A stretch of DNA of 64,000 nucleotides from Psammoneis japonica (taxonomy: Eukaryota). The notes under the pieces were generated by a model. It saw only the letters and a program-made list of their open reading frames with translations. It was not told the origin of the DNA and made no database searches. Positions 49,690 to 62,089 of this stretch are shown here, in pieces. How positions within the stretch are numbered: the first letter of the stretch is position 1; every line of letters starts with the position of its first letter. The position numbers and the translations under genes were made by a program. The stretch spans positions 62,001 through 126,000 of the forward strand of contig QPGO01000052.1 in the NCBI GenBank assembly GCA_008632985.1. The letters run 5' to 3'.

Positions 49690-49955
49690 GTCACAAGTGC
49701 TGCAGGGCTAGAGCATTACCGGCCGTACATGCACCAACAGAGGGAGCAGACTTGGACAGAGAGAAGCCTTTTTTCACGCAAAGCCACCAAGAAGACGTGC
49801 TTGTTTGTGACAATGCACAGATCCACGTTGCTGGTGACAATGGCATTTTGGATGAGCTGTTGTGGGACAACTTTCGAGTTGGCCTCGTGCTCCTCCCACC
49901 CCCGAGCCCCTGAGATGAACCCAATTGAGTTACTGTGGAACTATCTAGTGTACAA
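49690..49955 (+). mobile_element. IS630/Tc1-mariner DDE transposase fragment (frameshifted)
   Basis: VLVCDNAQIH...VLLPPPSP / EMNPIELLWNYL matches the DDE_3 motifs DNA.IH and LP.YSPELNPIE..W. Confidence 0.75.
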
Positions 49956-50633
49956 CACCTTTCTGCTAGTTTGGACGACCGCCTTTTCTGGGGTGAGGAC
50001 CATTTTTCACGCACACGGATGTGGAGTCCGCGTACCGCCACTGCGGCTTCCAAGTCTAGCTAGAGTAGATGTAACAGATAGAACTTGTATTAGCTGTAGA
50101 TTTGTATTTACGTGTTGTAGTGTGGTGTAGAATAGCGCATTGTTCGTCAGTACTTGGCTAACTCGTACGCTTCTACTAAAGAAATGAAATGGTAGAAACA
50201 TACCAAGATGCTACACAAATCGAATTGCTCTTTGTACCTCCCCGTACCGGGAAGCAAATCGTAGTCTAATGTGTAGTGAATTGTATCGGCACTACTCTTC
50301 TCTCTACTCTAGTAGAGTAGATAGTTGCTACTACTAGCTAGCTAGTAGTGATGGTCTATGTAAATAGAACTAGAAGCCAGAGAGCAACATAGAGAGTAGT
50401 AGCTGCTGCTAGCTGGCAGTGGTGGTCTGAATAGAAGCTAGAGCAACGGCGATTGCCTGTCAACGGTTTTACATTTTAAGTTTTGGATTGTTGTTGGCCA
50501 CCACTAAAGAAGAAATGCAGCTTGGTTGAACGAGATACTGTAAGTTGATTGACATGCCCAACTCGAAACTGTAATTTGCACCAAAGTGGAAGCATTCATT
50601 GAATTTATGCGCTTGTTGTCCTGTTGCAATCTC

Positions 50634-51220
50634 TCAAACCTGGACCAGTTGCCATTGCAACTTTTCAGAATCCTTTGCAGCGGGGCACACTTGTGACAGG
50701 CAGGAATGCTCCAACTCATACTGCGGAAACAGGGTGTTGTACACATCATGAGCTTTGCGGAGCTCGGCGTGCAATTTCGCCACGCCTTGTTTCTTTGCAG
50801 CCTTCACATCCTTTGGAGGCTCGCTCAGCGTCACCTCTTTGACGAGTTTGGGCTTGGGTGGTAACGAGGGAACCCGAATAATCCCCCTCCAACTCGTCAT
50901 CGTCATCATCGTCCTCATCGTCTTCATGGAACGGGTGCATGGGTTGCGGTACTTTTCCAGCGGTTCTCCTTGTCATCATCTCGAGCATCGTAATCCATAG
51001 ACTCATGCTCATCACTATTATCAGTAGAGCTTGCAGCACTTGTCGGCGAACTCTTGGCATTTGCCGCGGCAAGCATCGCGCCAACGCCGTTGCGGCGATC
51101 CGCGGAATCCGCACCGTTCTCAATTATATCCCAGTCGTATTGAGACGGACTCTTTTTAAAGTCGTCGTCATTATGAAGCGCCAAAGGGCTGCATTGGTTT
51201 GAGTTGGTATTATGCGCCAT
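50634..51220 (-). pseudogene. Disrupted hypothetical acidic protein (coding-like segments in three frames)
   Basis: MAHNTNS..DDDKEN, HEDDEDDDDDDELEGDYSGS and EVTLSEPPKDVKAAKK lie in successive different frames. Confidence 0.3.
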
Positions 51221-51419
51221 GTCGATACAAAGTACAGTACGGCAAATGACCGCCATCGAGGCTGAATTTGAATTCGTCTTGGAACAAAAAAATGAAAAAA
51301 ATCCCTCTGATGGCGTGATGCGCGCAAGTCGCTGGAGAAATAATGCGCAACGAGAGAAGACCGTGGCGGAGCATTTTTTCTAGAGTAGGGCCCTACGAGG
51401 TACACGACGTTGCTCAATC

Positions 51420-54400
51420 ATGACAGATGCCGCCATCCATGACTTTTGCAAACAGCAGCGAGAATGGCTAGAAGTTGAGTTGCACAGTGAATCAGATTCT
51501 GAAGATAAGAAGTCTCATGTCCTCCATCAATTGAGCTCGGCCGACGTCTCTGTTGGATTGTATGGACGTACCGTGGTGGAGTTTTCCAAGGACGACGATG
51601 CTCTTTTACCTGCTCATAAGTTCACCACGGGAGATGAAGTAGAGATTCGAAGTGGAAACAGCAGCAGCAACAACAGTTCTGGAGTGGTTAGCGCAGTGTC
51701 AGACAGGTCCATCTCTGTCGCGCTGTTTCAAGCAAAAAAGAACAAAACACAGAAAGCCGATGACGACGATAGTGAAGAAACGGCAATAGGAAATCCTCCC
51801 TATTCGTTACTTCCTCGAAGCAACATTGAAGTGCATCGTAAAATTGTCAGTGCTCTGGATGAACTCGATAGCAAGGGCGCGGGCCATCCAGTTGCATCCA
51901 AGATTGTGAAGGCACTTTTTGACGTTCCCGCAAACCCAGAATCTGTTCCGTTACAGGACTTTCACCCAATCAATCAGAATCTAGACTCGAGTCAGAGAGA
52001 AGCTATTTCCAATTCTCTATCAACGAGTCAACCCATTTCGTTGATTCACGGACCGGTACGTTCAGATTTCAAGGCAAATCGAGTTTGACACGGACGATTC
52101 GATACTAACTCATTTCTTTACAGCCAGGAACGGGAAAGACGACTACCGTCGTTGAACTTATTCAACAAGCGGTCAAGCTACATGGATGGAAGGTACTGGT
52201 GACAGCTCCTAGCAACGTTGCGGTGGATAACGTGTTGAGCAAGCTGGTTGGTGAGAAGACAAGTCGCAATAAGAAAAGACAGCGGCTCAAGGTGGTGCGC
52301 CTTGGACATCCCGCGCGATTGCAAACTTCCATCTTGCCCTACAGCCTGGAGGCACTTGTACAAGGTGCGGATGGAACCGAGATTGTTAATGACGTTCGTT
52401 CCGAACTACAGTCCTATTTGAAAATACTAAATGGCCGGGGCGGGGACAAGCGCCTGGCATACCGTGAAGTCAAGGTACTTCGGAAAGAACTGCGGACGCG
52501 GGAAGAACGGGTAGTGCAGGAGCTCATGGACAATGCACACGTTGTCCTCGCCACGTGTGTTGGAGCGGCAAATCAAAAGTTGCTACGGGATCAACAATTC
52601 GATATGGTTGTGATCGACGAGGCCGCGCAGGCGTTGGAAGCTGCTTGTTGGATCCCTGCACTACAGGCAGGAACAAAACTGGTCCTGGCAGGAGATCATT
52701 GTCAGCTACCACCGACTATCCAAAGCAACGATCCTATTGTACAGAAAGGACTAGCTGTTACCATGTTTGAACGCGTCATGCAATTGTATGGAGACACCAG
52801 TGGTGGAGGCCGTGTTTCGCGGATGCTCAAGGTTCAGTATCGCATGCACGAAAGGATTGCGAATTGGGCAAGTCAGGCGCTTTATCATGGACAACTAGCG
52901 ACACACGAAACTGTCAGGGACCGGACTCTTGTACAGTTGAATGGAACAACCCCCGTTGGCGTCGGTTTGGATGATACTTGTGGACTGGAGGAAACACCGC
53001 TATTGCTGATTGACACTGCGGGGTGTGATATGCACGAGTCCGAGAATGCTGCTGGGTCCCGCTTCAACGAAGGAGAGGCTCAGCTGGTCATTCAGCACGT
53101 CCAAAAGCTGATTGAAATGGGTGTTCAGCAAGATCAGATTGCCGTGATTACTCCCTACAATGTTCAAGTCGAGATTCTTCGTTTGGCTCTTCTGCCCGAC
53201 GCACCAAAGCTTCAGATTCGTTCGGTAGACGGATTCCAGGGAGGCGAGCGGGAGGCGGTTGTTCTGAGTCTTGTCCGTAGCAGCAATCGGGGAGGGATCA
53301 AGGGTATTGGGTTTCTCAAGGACGATCGACGTCTGAATGTCGCTGTCACCCGAGCCAAGCGACACTGTTGTGTGGTCGCCGACACCGACACTGTATCCCA
53401 GAGTCCGTTTTTGAAGAACTTGATCGACTGGATCGAAGAGCACTGAGAACAGCGCTCGGCATTCGAACTCATGTCTGATTCAGTGGAGGGCCAATATGCG
53501 TGTGATCTCGCACAAGCCGAGTTGGACTTGGAAAGAATCATGGAGGATGCAACAAAGGCGGATACGACGACGAAGCCGGTCAAGCCTCGAAGCGAAGCTG
53601 CATACAAAGCACCGAGTGCCGAGGACCAAAAGGTTGCCTTGCGAACAACGATTCAAGAGTTTGTCTCTAGCCATGAACCAGGCGCCGAGATGATCTTGAG
53701 TACTGAGCTGTCCAAGCTTGATAGAAAGCTCGTACACGAGATCGCGGAGGAACTGCATCTGGAACACGTCAGTGAAGGCACCGAAGGCAAGAACCGTCGC
53801 ATCAAGGTGACGATTCCTAAACCAGAAGCTGCCGCAACCGTGGAAGAAGCAGAGGCATCTGAAGTTACTCCCGAGAATGAGCTAGAAGAGTCAGTCACGC
53901 CGCCGGGTGATGCGAGTCATGCTTCCAATGATGATGCTTTCGGGGAGGAGCCGGCAATGGCCATGTCAGCGTTTACAGCGTTAGAATTGGGCGAGGATGT
54001 CGATTCAGAAGACGATAAAGAAGAGAAAGTTCATGCGGAAGTGAAGACAAATAATCCATCAAAGTCAGGAATGAACAGTCTCTTGGGCGACTTGGCGAAA
54101 GAAAGAGCTGCTCGTGCCTCGGCCGCTGTTCAAAGCAAGGAGTCTCAATGTAAAGGGCAACCGAAACCAAAGAAGAAGAAAAAAGCAAAAAACAAGAATG
54201 CCCAAAAGCTTGGTGGCGGAGCGTCGACAAAAGATACTGATCACGAGTTGGATGAACTAGACGATATGGCATTTTTGGACGCGCAAATCAACAAGGTTCA
54301 AACGTCCCACGGAAGAACGATTGATGGGAAGGGAAGCACGTATCGAACCATTATCAATGGCGCGCTTCTCACCACACCCATCAGCAAAGGTCCAGTCAAG

Positions 54401-54487
54401 AATAAGAAAGACGCTCGTGCTTCAGAAGCGTTACAAACGAAATTAAAGGAGGCGCAAAACAACCGAAGGACGAAAAAGAAAAAGTGA
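51420..54487 (+). CDS. IGHMBP2: IGHMBP2/SMUBP-2-like SF1 (UPF1-like) helicase with C-terminal R3H domain; in-frame TGA at 53444-53446
   Basis: LIHGP|PGTGKT (intron 52056-52123 with TACTAAC branch site), APSNVAVDN, IDEAAQALE, AGDHCQLPPT, QYRMH, SVDGFQGGE, RRLNVAVTRA, and R3H motif DRKLVHEIAEELHLEHVSEG. Confidence 0.9.
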
Positions 54488-56619
54488 AGCTCCAAAAACA
54501 TGTTTTCTCATTATTCACAATATCTATTTTATGATAAAATTGAAAATAGGCGATAAACTCACAGCTAGTCCAAGAAAGTAGCCCAGGTCACTTTCTGCAA
54601 TTTCCATTTCAGCGTCACTGTTTTTCATCTTCAGCTTTCCCACACATTCAACATGCGGCAACAATACCTTTTCCAGTGTTTCTTAACCATGTCGGCGGGA
54701 GACTCTCCATCCGCAAAGAACCCTGGATTCGCCCGTCGTAATCTGACGGTCTCCAATGACATCTATATGAAGGCCAGAAATGCAAACGTGAAACTCATCT
54801 TAAAAAAATGTAGTAACCTCTAATCCATGTTCTGCCTGAAGCTCATAGCAGCAGTAGATTAGTCGCACGCTTTTAAAGAAGGAACAAGGGCTAAGAGACG
54901 AGAGACGAAACATTGTACATATCAATACGCCAATCAATCCAAACAAACAAGAAGACAGTTCGAAGACACCTACGTTCCAAATGTCTTTGGTGGGTAGGAC
55001 GTAGAGATCGAGGCCTGGAGTGTTCTTCCGTAAACCGCAACCAACAGTGTACCAAAAGTTGGCCATTCTCCAGGGCAATAAGACTCTCACCATGTACGTG
55101 AACAAACCAGTAAGCACTTGAATAGACCAATTGTAACCAAAGCTTTCGAGGTTCACAATCCGTACAAGGCTCACACATTACCACCCCACGAGCAACAAGA
55201 AAGAGAATGCAACATTGGTAATCACCAAAAAAGCGCAACTTAAAAGAAATGGCCATCGATCAATAGGAGAATATAGTCCCGTCCAATTTCTCTACGCGTT
55301 CGCGATGGATATAGCTCGAATGCGAGCAGATCGCGATTGCGTCAGCTCCGGATCCGCTGACGACGGCGACTCGACAAATATATCTACTTCACTCTGCATT
55401 CTTCTCAGTTGACTCTTACTCTAGAGAGTCTCGATTTCTTTTTCTCTTCAGATAAATATTCCGTTTTTCTATCTTCAATCTGTGTTCACTTGGACCTTCA
55501 TCATCATCTGATTCTGTGCTCTTCAACATCAAATTTGCTGTGGCTGTGGGGGTATGCGGTGGGGCGGTGGGGGACGATGGCGATTTTCAAATTTGGATTT
55601 CCAGATGGATTTGGAAATTTGAAGATTTTTCCGTCTGTCAGTCGCTCGGCAAGTCTTTTGCATTTTCGACGGTTACCGTAATGTGTACGTAGGAATTAGT
55701 AATAATTTGGAAAGTACCGAGTTCCCACGAATCTTTTACATACGAAATCATGGTAGTAAATCTACAAAGATACACACAAAATGATAGTGATTGAGAAATT
55801 TAGCAACGGTCACGAAACAAACAAATCTCTGTCTCGGAAATTCTTTCGTTTCGATCACAACTCGTCGTCTCGCACCATGTGCTTGTTGTTTGCCAAGCTG
55901 GAATGCCGCTATCGCCAAGGATGGCTCGCCCTTCCTCTGGATTGAGACCTTGCATTCGTTTGGCATTCCACAACTCATTTAGCTTGATGTCGTGTTGTCT
56001 CTAGGTGGCGCAGGTGTTGCCAGTTAAGTCCGGAGGTCGGGGCAAATCGAATGCGTCTCTCCGGCCTTGAGTCCATGTCACTCTCGTGTCTTTGAGCGCA
56101 GGAAGTTGCCTGTTCGCTTGACCCGTCAGGTCACGGCTGTTGAAACAGGCAGCAGCGTTCGTCTGTGAAGCAGCAAAAGCTCGCCGAGCAGATCACACTG
56201 TTGACGGAACACAGGTTTGGGGTTCTGTCGCATCATTGACATGATGCGGTAAGTCTTCACTCACAGGGAGTGTTGATTTAGAACGCGGTTGACTCGCAAG
56301 TTTTCTTGTTGTCTCCGTAGCACGTCCCCCCTTTTGCTTTTTTTTGAGTGATGTTTTTCTCTCTGAAGGTGCGTAAAAGCTTGAGCGCCATCTTTTGATG
56401 GAGCTCTTGAGGCAACGTCACCCTACGCAACCGATTTCTATGTCAACTTTTGACATTGGTGTGTCTCAATTTCATTGAAACACTCTTTGAACCTTTACAA
56501 TAGAAGTAGAAAAACTAAAAGCACCAGACAGTGTTCCTCATTTGCGTGTGAGTTATTCTGCACGCATGTCAACAGACTGCGATGACGGTCGCAGCGCTTG
56601 CGATGTCGTTGCACATTGT

Positions 56620-57300
56620 GTTGTCGTTGTTTCACAGGATTGAAAGGTGCAAGTCGAGAACATCTGTTTCAAAGCCATTCCCGCCCATGCAAGTTCACAC
56701 TTGTTGTCCGGATTAAACTCACGACTGGCCGTTTCGCCATCTTCATTGTCTTCGGCTTGTTCCTCCAGCTCTTCGAGCCCTTCTCCAGTCCAATTCACGG
56801 ATCATCATGAGTGAGTCGAGCGCAACGCTTGATCGCTTTGGGCCCGCCCTCGCAGATGACACATGCCAGGCAGTGACGGGCTTTTGCATTCCAAGACACC
56901 ACCCGTGATGTAGTTTTGCTGCGCTTTCAAACCAACCTTGGTCCGATGGTGTGTGTTGACATCGCAAAAACTCGTGCAGAAACAAGTCCATTCTATTCCC
57001 TTGTGATTCCATGAGAAGTGATGAAACAATGAAGAAACAAATGAGCCGCAAGCTCCAGCATCTCTCTGGGTTCTTGGCTGTTTTGCTCTTTTTGTGAGCT
57101 GGCTCATCCATTTCTCTGCATTTCACCCTCTGGTGTGCGGCTGGCTGCATTTGATGAAGGTTCTCCTTGATCCTTGGCTCGCTCACCTTGGAGATGACTG
57201 AGCAACCCAAGGCACTTCATCTCCTGTTCACAACCCAGCTCACCCCCTGCTCCTTTTTCATGTGCCACAAAAGCAGGGAAAGGGGCATTGAGCAGCTGCA
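56620..57300 (-). pseudogene. PRP3: U4/U6 snRNP Prp3 C-terminal fragment, pseudogene
   Basis: HRTKVGLKAQQNYITGGVLEC, CVICEGGPKAIKRCARL and NWTG..NPDNKCELAWAGMALKQMFSTCTFQSCET match Prp3 C-terminal motifs. The fragment is frameshifted. Confidence 0.75.
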
Positions 57301-58899
57301 AACTTTGCTGTTCTTGTTGACAGCTGTGAGAGCTGCTCACCTCGGCTGGCACATGTGTTGTCATGAAAAGACTCATCCTGTGAAATGTGCTCTCTCTTCA
57401 CACACATGCGCAAATGTTGTCTTCTATGAGCAGAAGCTTTTGCTCACCAGACATGACCTCAGGAGCCAGATGAGTCTGCAATGCTCATGACACGAGTCAC
57501 CCACAGTTGAGACACACAGTCATGTCAAGACACACACTCAGTGGAGCGAGCCTGAGTTTGTGCAGCTTTTGCAGAGTGAGCACTTTTGGGTTGCATGTCT
57601 CCCCTGCTGCAGGGCTCCCATGACACAAGCACCATTGCTGGCATCAGCCAGCTGTCAACAATGGCACAAAGAACCCACCCAGAGATTGTTTTGCAAAAAG
57701 ACTCTCTGTTGCTGACCAAGGCAATTTTGCTGCTTTGAACAGCCCACAATCAACAGCTTTGATGGCTGCAAACTGTGGGCAATGGAGACAAGAGCCTGTC
57801 CAGGCCTGAAAATTGCATGCCAAGGAAGATTTGGCAATCTCTGCAAATGCTCTGTTGCAAGTGCTCTGAGTCATGTTGCTGGCAAGATCAACACCAGCAT
57901 CTTGGGTGGGCGCTCAATGGAAGAGGCTTTCAATGTCTTTCTTGCCAATCAGAGGTGCACATGACATTGACTTCATTGACTTTCTCATGTGGTCCAAAAT
58001 GGTGCAAGTGGGGGGCTGTTGCAATGCTGCTGGGTGTGTTGTCACTTGTCATGGTGGCAAATGCGGAGTTGAGCACTGCCATTTTTTGTGGCAAGATGCT
58101 CTGCAATTGTTGAAAGAAGAAAGAGCTGTTGCAGACAGAAAGGTGACAGCGCCAATCTCTCCAGTGCAAACAAAAGGACCAAATGCCACCCTGGCTCCCA
58201 GTGGAGCTGGATTCCTCCCACCCATGGTGGTGCTCACATCTTCACGGGCTGTTTCCAGAAATGGGGTTCACAATCACAGCAAAAAATCAGATGGAGATGA
58301 ACACTGGGAGATGCTTGATTGTGGTGATGCCTTGCCACAGGTCACCAACTTCATGCACACCAAATTGTGCACAAGTGAGATGGCAGGGTTGCCAAACTGG
58401 AAAATGTGGCATGGCTTTTTTTGGCTGGCCAGTGTGAGAAGCTCCAAAGATGGGGGTCCATCCAGCACACAATGATCTGAAACCAGATCAATCTGTCAAG
58501 GCATTGCAGCTGGAAAGAAGACAGCTGGGACATGAAGAAAGCATGCTGCCATCACTGTCAAGAGCTGCAGCAGTGTGAGCATCTGTGCATGTGGTGTGTG
58601 TGCATTGTTGACAGGCCATCAATGCAATCATCATGTTGCACAAGAGTGGCATGTGGTGCATGCATTCATGATCATGTGTGCAAATGGAGTTGGAGAAACT
58701 TTGGCACAGTTGGCCACATGTGATCCAAAGAGCAATTCAACAGGGAATTTGCACAACTCCCCATTCACACAAATTTTTTCAGAAACAAGCTGGTCTCATG
58801 AACTCCACAACATGGCGCAACTTGTGACAACCTGTTGTTTTCATCACCTGACAGTGCACAAGGCACAGCAACATTGCTGCTGCAAATGTGCAAGGTCAC

Positions 58900-59990
58900 A
58901 ATGATGTCTCATTGAAACCAGCACCAGCAAGTCAGCCAACCATGAAAAAGCAGGTTGAGCTGCCATCTCTGCTTGAACATCCAGAGAAAAAGGCACTGTC
59001 AAAAGGAGAGCACAAGATGTGTGAGCTCAGGAAATTGCCAGTTGATGAAGCCAGTCCAACACACAAGCTGAGTGTTCTGTGCTTTTTTGTGGGTTGTGTG
59101 TTTGAAGAGCAAACCCATCATTGTGTTTCTGCACAATGCAGGCCACATTGTGGCAGGGCAAAATGTTCCACCAGACTGGAGAAGTTTTTGCTTGTGCACC
59201 AGTTGCTCATGAGCAATGTCTTGACTGCATTTGATGATGGTGCATCAAAAGGGCATCAGATGGAGGCCAGTGTGTTGTTCAAGGTGTGTGCCTCAAAGGT
59301 GACACAAAAAGCATCTTCCCACACAAGGCAGCAGTGCTGCAAAAGCATGTTGTCTCTGTGATGTTTTGTGCCAAAGCCAAATGGCATGAAGACAGGCAAC
59401 TCTGTGCCACAAAGGCCAGTGGATGAGGTCAATGGCCACATCTTGCTGTTTTTGCCTGTGATTGACAATGGTTTTGCACCTGCATCATTGCCAGAAGACG
59501 AGCGGCCAGTTGACTCATTTGAGTGAAACACTTCAAACACACGGCAAAGGCAGATGATCCCACAGGGTTTTGTCCCATGGACACATGCTGTTGCCAAACT
59601 TGTCTCTGCCAAAGGCAAGGAAAGTCATGCCAAGGTCCGCAGGAAGCACCAGGGCCATGGAATGGAGACATTCCTCAATTGCTGGGGTTGCCAGTCAGGA
59701 GAGAAAGGCATCAAATGCTGGGCATTGCATGGTGGTGACAATGCCAGGTGCACAATGTGGAAGAATGTCTCAGTTTGAGGCATGGGGTGTGAAATGTCTC
59801 AAGATGTTTCACATGAATGGCAATGGAAAGCCAGCCACACAGAAACTGCACACTCATGAGGAGCTTGACAAAGATGCAAAAGCAAGAGTTGAGTGTGTGT
59901 TTGAGAGCTGCAGGGTGGTGCGCAAGGCTTGCAAAGAGGATCCAAATCACTTCTTTGCCCTGTCCCTGGGTGACTCCAATGAGGATTTGG
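58900..59990 (+). mobile_element. Decayed retrotransposon gag-like ORF
   Basis: LSKGEHKMCELRKLP...SPTHKLSV.CF, KPNGMKT..DEVNGHI..F and knuckle-like CWALHG. These resemble gag-like proteins of diatom LTR elements. Confidence 0.5.
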
Positions 59991-60459
59991 AGGACAACAC
60001 CACCTGAGAAGCAGGCCAGTGCAAGTCAGATGGGTTCAGTGCATCACTTGTTGGCCAACCCCACACACACATCAAGCACAGACACCTGACTGATGCCAAT
60101 CTTGTTTGCAGCCATGGATGCCAAGCATGGTGAAGGCAAGCCTGAAACAATTGAGGCAGCACCAGATGGTGGCATCAGGAGCACATGCTGCCTGATGCCA
60201 AGTGCGGCAAATGTCTTTTGAGTCACACAACAGCCCCCAAAAACACAGTGGCAGGCAGCTTGCAGCAACACGCACGCATTTTTTTGTGTGGCGCATTGCA
60301 GAGCATCCAACACAAAGATGACCAATGTGGCATGTTGCCGTTTGGAGTCATTGTGATTGACAGCACCTCGATGCCATGGGGAGTGATTGCTGACATGGCG
60401 AGGTGCATTGTGATGGCTTGACTTGGTGTGTTGTTGTGTTGCCATCTTGTTTTCACTTT

Positions 60460-61219
60460 GTGACTCACCGGCTGTTGCATGCAGAATGGTGTTGTCATTT
60501 GCATCATCTGCAGGATGGAATCTGGTGGATTGTCAAACAATGGGCAAGTGTGCATCACAATGCTGTTGTTCTGTTATGCTGGATTGTCCTTTTTTGCACT
60601 TCACATTCCCTCAGCCAACCCTTGCTTTTTGTGCTGCTGTTTTCCACTTTTTAGTGCAAAATCACGGTTGTTTGTGGCATGGGCATGATGGACATGGACA
60701 ATGGCAAGCATGTCATCATGCTCACCTTCAGCTCCCTTGACACTGCCATGGAGAATGCTGATTTGGAGTCCTGCGTGGCTCCCCCAGCCACTGCTTGACC
60801 TCCAGTGCCATCAGAAATTGCAGCTGCTGTTTCACCCATCATTTCTTGCACTGACCAACAAAAGAAAATGAGGTGAGCTTCCACTGATCTTAGTTGCATC
60901 CATTTGCAGAAGACCAGCCCTTTGCTGTTTGTCCACTGAATGCCTTTTTGTCTCTTGTTCATTTGCACAAGCTCACACGCAATGCACAAAGAACATGTCC
61001 TGCACCCTGATCCTCTGAGAGGCATCTTGACAAGGAAGTCATGGGGAAGGAGATGTCTGTCCACAGGCACTGCAGACAAGGCTCCCTCAGCCAATGAGAA
61101 AAGAAAAGCTGAACAGAAGACTGCCAATGCAATTTAAGATTGTTGCCATCAACACATCTAAAACACATGTTGGGTGCAACAAAGTGCAGCAACTGCCAGT
61201 TTAAAATTGGCAATGTGCA
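60460..61219. repeat. Dispersed ~750 bp repeat, copy 2
   Basis: Colinear with 38175-38922. Confidence 0.9.
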
Positions 61220-62089
61220 CGTGCATTGTCTGTCACACAACATGCGCCACTCTGTGCTGTGGCTTGGTTGAGTGTGTGCCTTGCAGTGGTGCTCTTTCAG
61301 CAAACATGGTCTCACACATGGAAAGACCCGTCAACCAAAGAAAGGGAGGAAGAGGCCTGTGCAAGAAGAAGACCTTGTGCACAACAAGAAGGCAATGAAG
61401 ACATTTGACCACATGCATCAGTGTGCAGTGCCGAGGTGTAAAAAATGTGTGTTGGCATGTGACGCATGGAATCTGTTGAACAAAGAAAAGACAATGTAAA
61501 CTCACTTTGAAAAATGACAAAAGCTTGCCTGCATCTGTTGCTTTTGCCCCCCATCCACACTTGAAATCCAACAGCATCACGCGCAACAACAGTTTCCAAA
61601 TGATTTTTTAACCCCTGACGTCATCAGACAAATGTACGTTTACTTGATATTTGCAACGACTCAACACGCGAACAAGAGTTCGAAGTCACAGCACTGAACA
61701 TCAAACATTGACATCAAGTCTCATAGCGTTCTTTGTTGTTATCGTTGTTGACTTGCCTGCAATCGGTGAATGTTGCTCTTTCGCCTTCCCTTCTTGTTTT
61801 CCTTGCGTCTTGTATCCTTATTCATTATCTCACGTCTCGTGCCTTGCTTGTAGCAACGTTGGGAGAAGCTCTTTGTCAAGCAACAAAATCAAAGGACTTC
61901 GTTTGAAACGTCGGCTTTCCAAATCCAAATCGCCGCGAAAAACCGTTGGCCTGCTTGAAAAAGGTAACAATTGCTTTGTATCACTGTTGTGTTCATTCGC
62001 ACTTCTCCCTATCAAGTCTCCCTCTCACATGCAAGCTTCGTTATCTTATCCAACTCTTGTGCAGCTGCTGGAAGCGGTTCGAATTGAAT

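Larger units (their letters stand above)
55860..61634. other. TpA/CpG-depleted hypermutated repeat block C (graded left margin, sharp right edge)
   Basis: TpA is reduced from ~55860 and nearly absent from 57000 to 61630. It resumes at 61635 (aatgtacgtttacttgatat). Confidence 0.85.

Noticed and set aside
53444..53446. Selenocysteine or an alternative genetic code at the in-frame TGA
   Set aside because: The aligned residue is Gly rather than Cys or Trp, and TGA is a normal stop in neighbouring genes.
54700..55300. Minus-strand membrane-protein-like fragments
   Set aside because: They are possibly a gene remnant, but no consistent exon structure or family could be supported.
1..61634. Classical fungal RIP or CpG deamination alone as the explanation of the blocks
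   Set aside because: RIP generates TpA, and C>T changes cannot turn Tyr codons into Cys or His.
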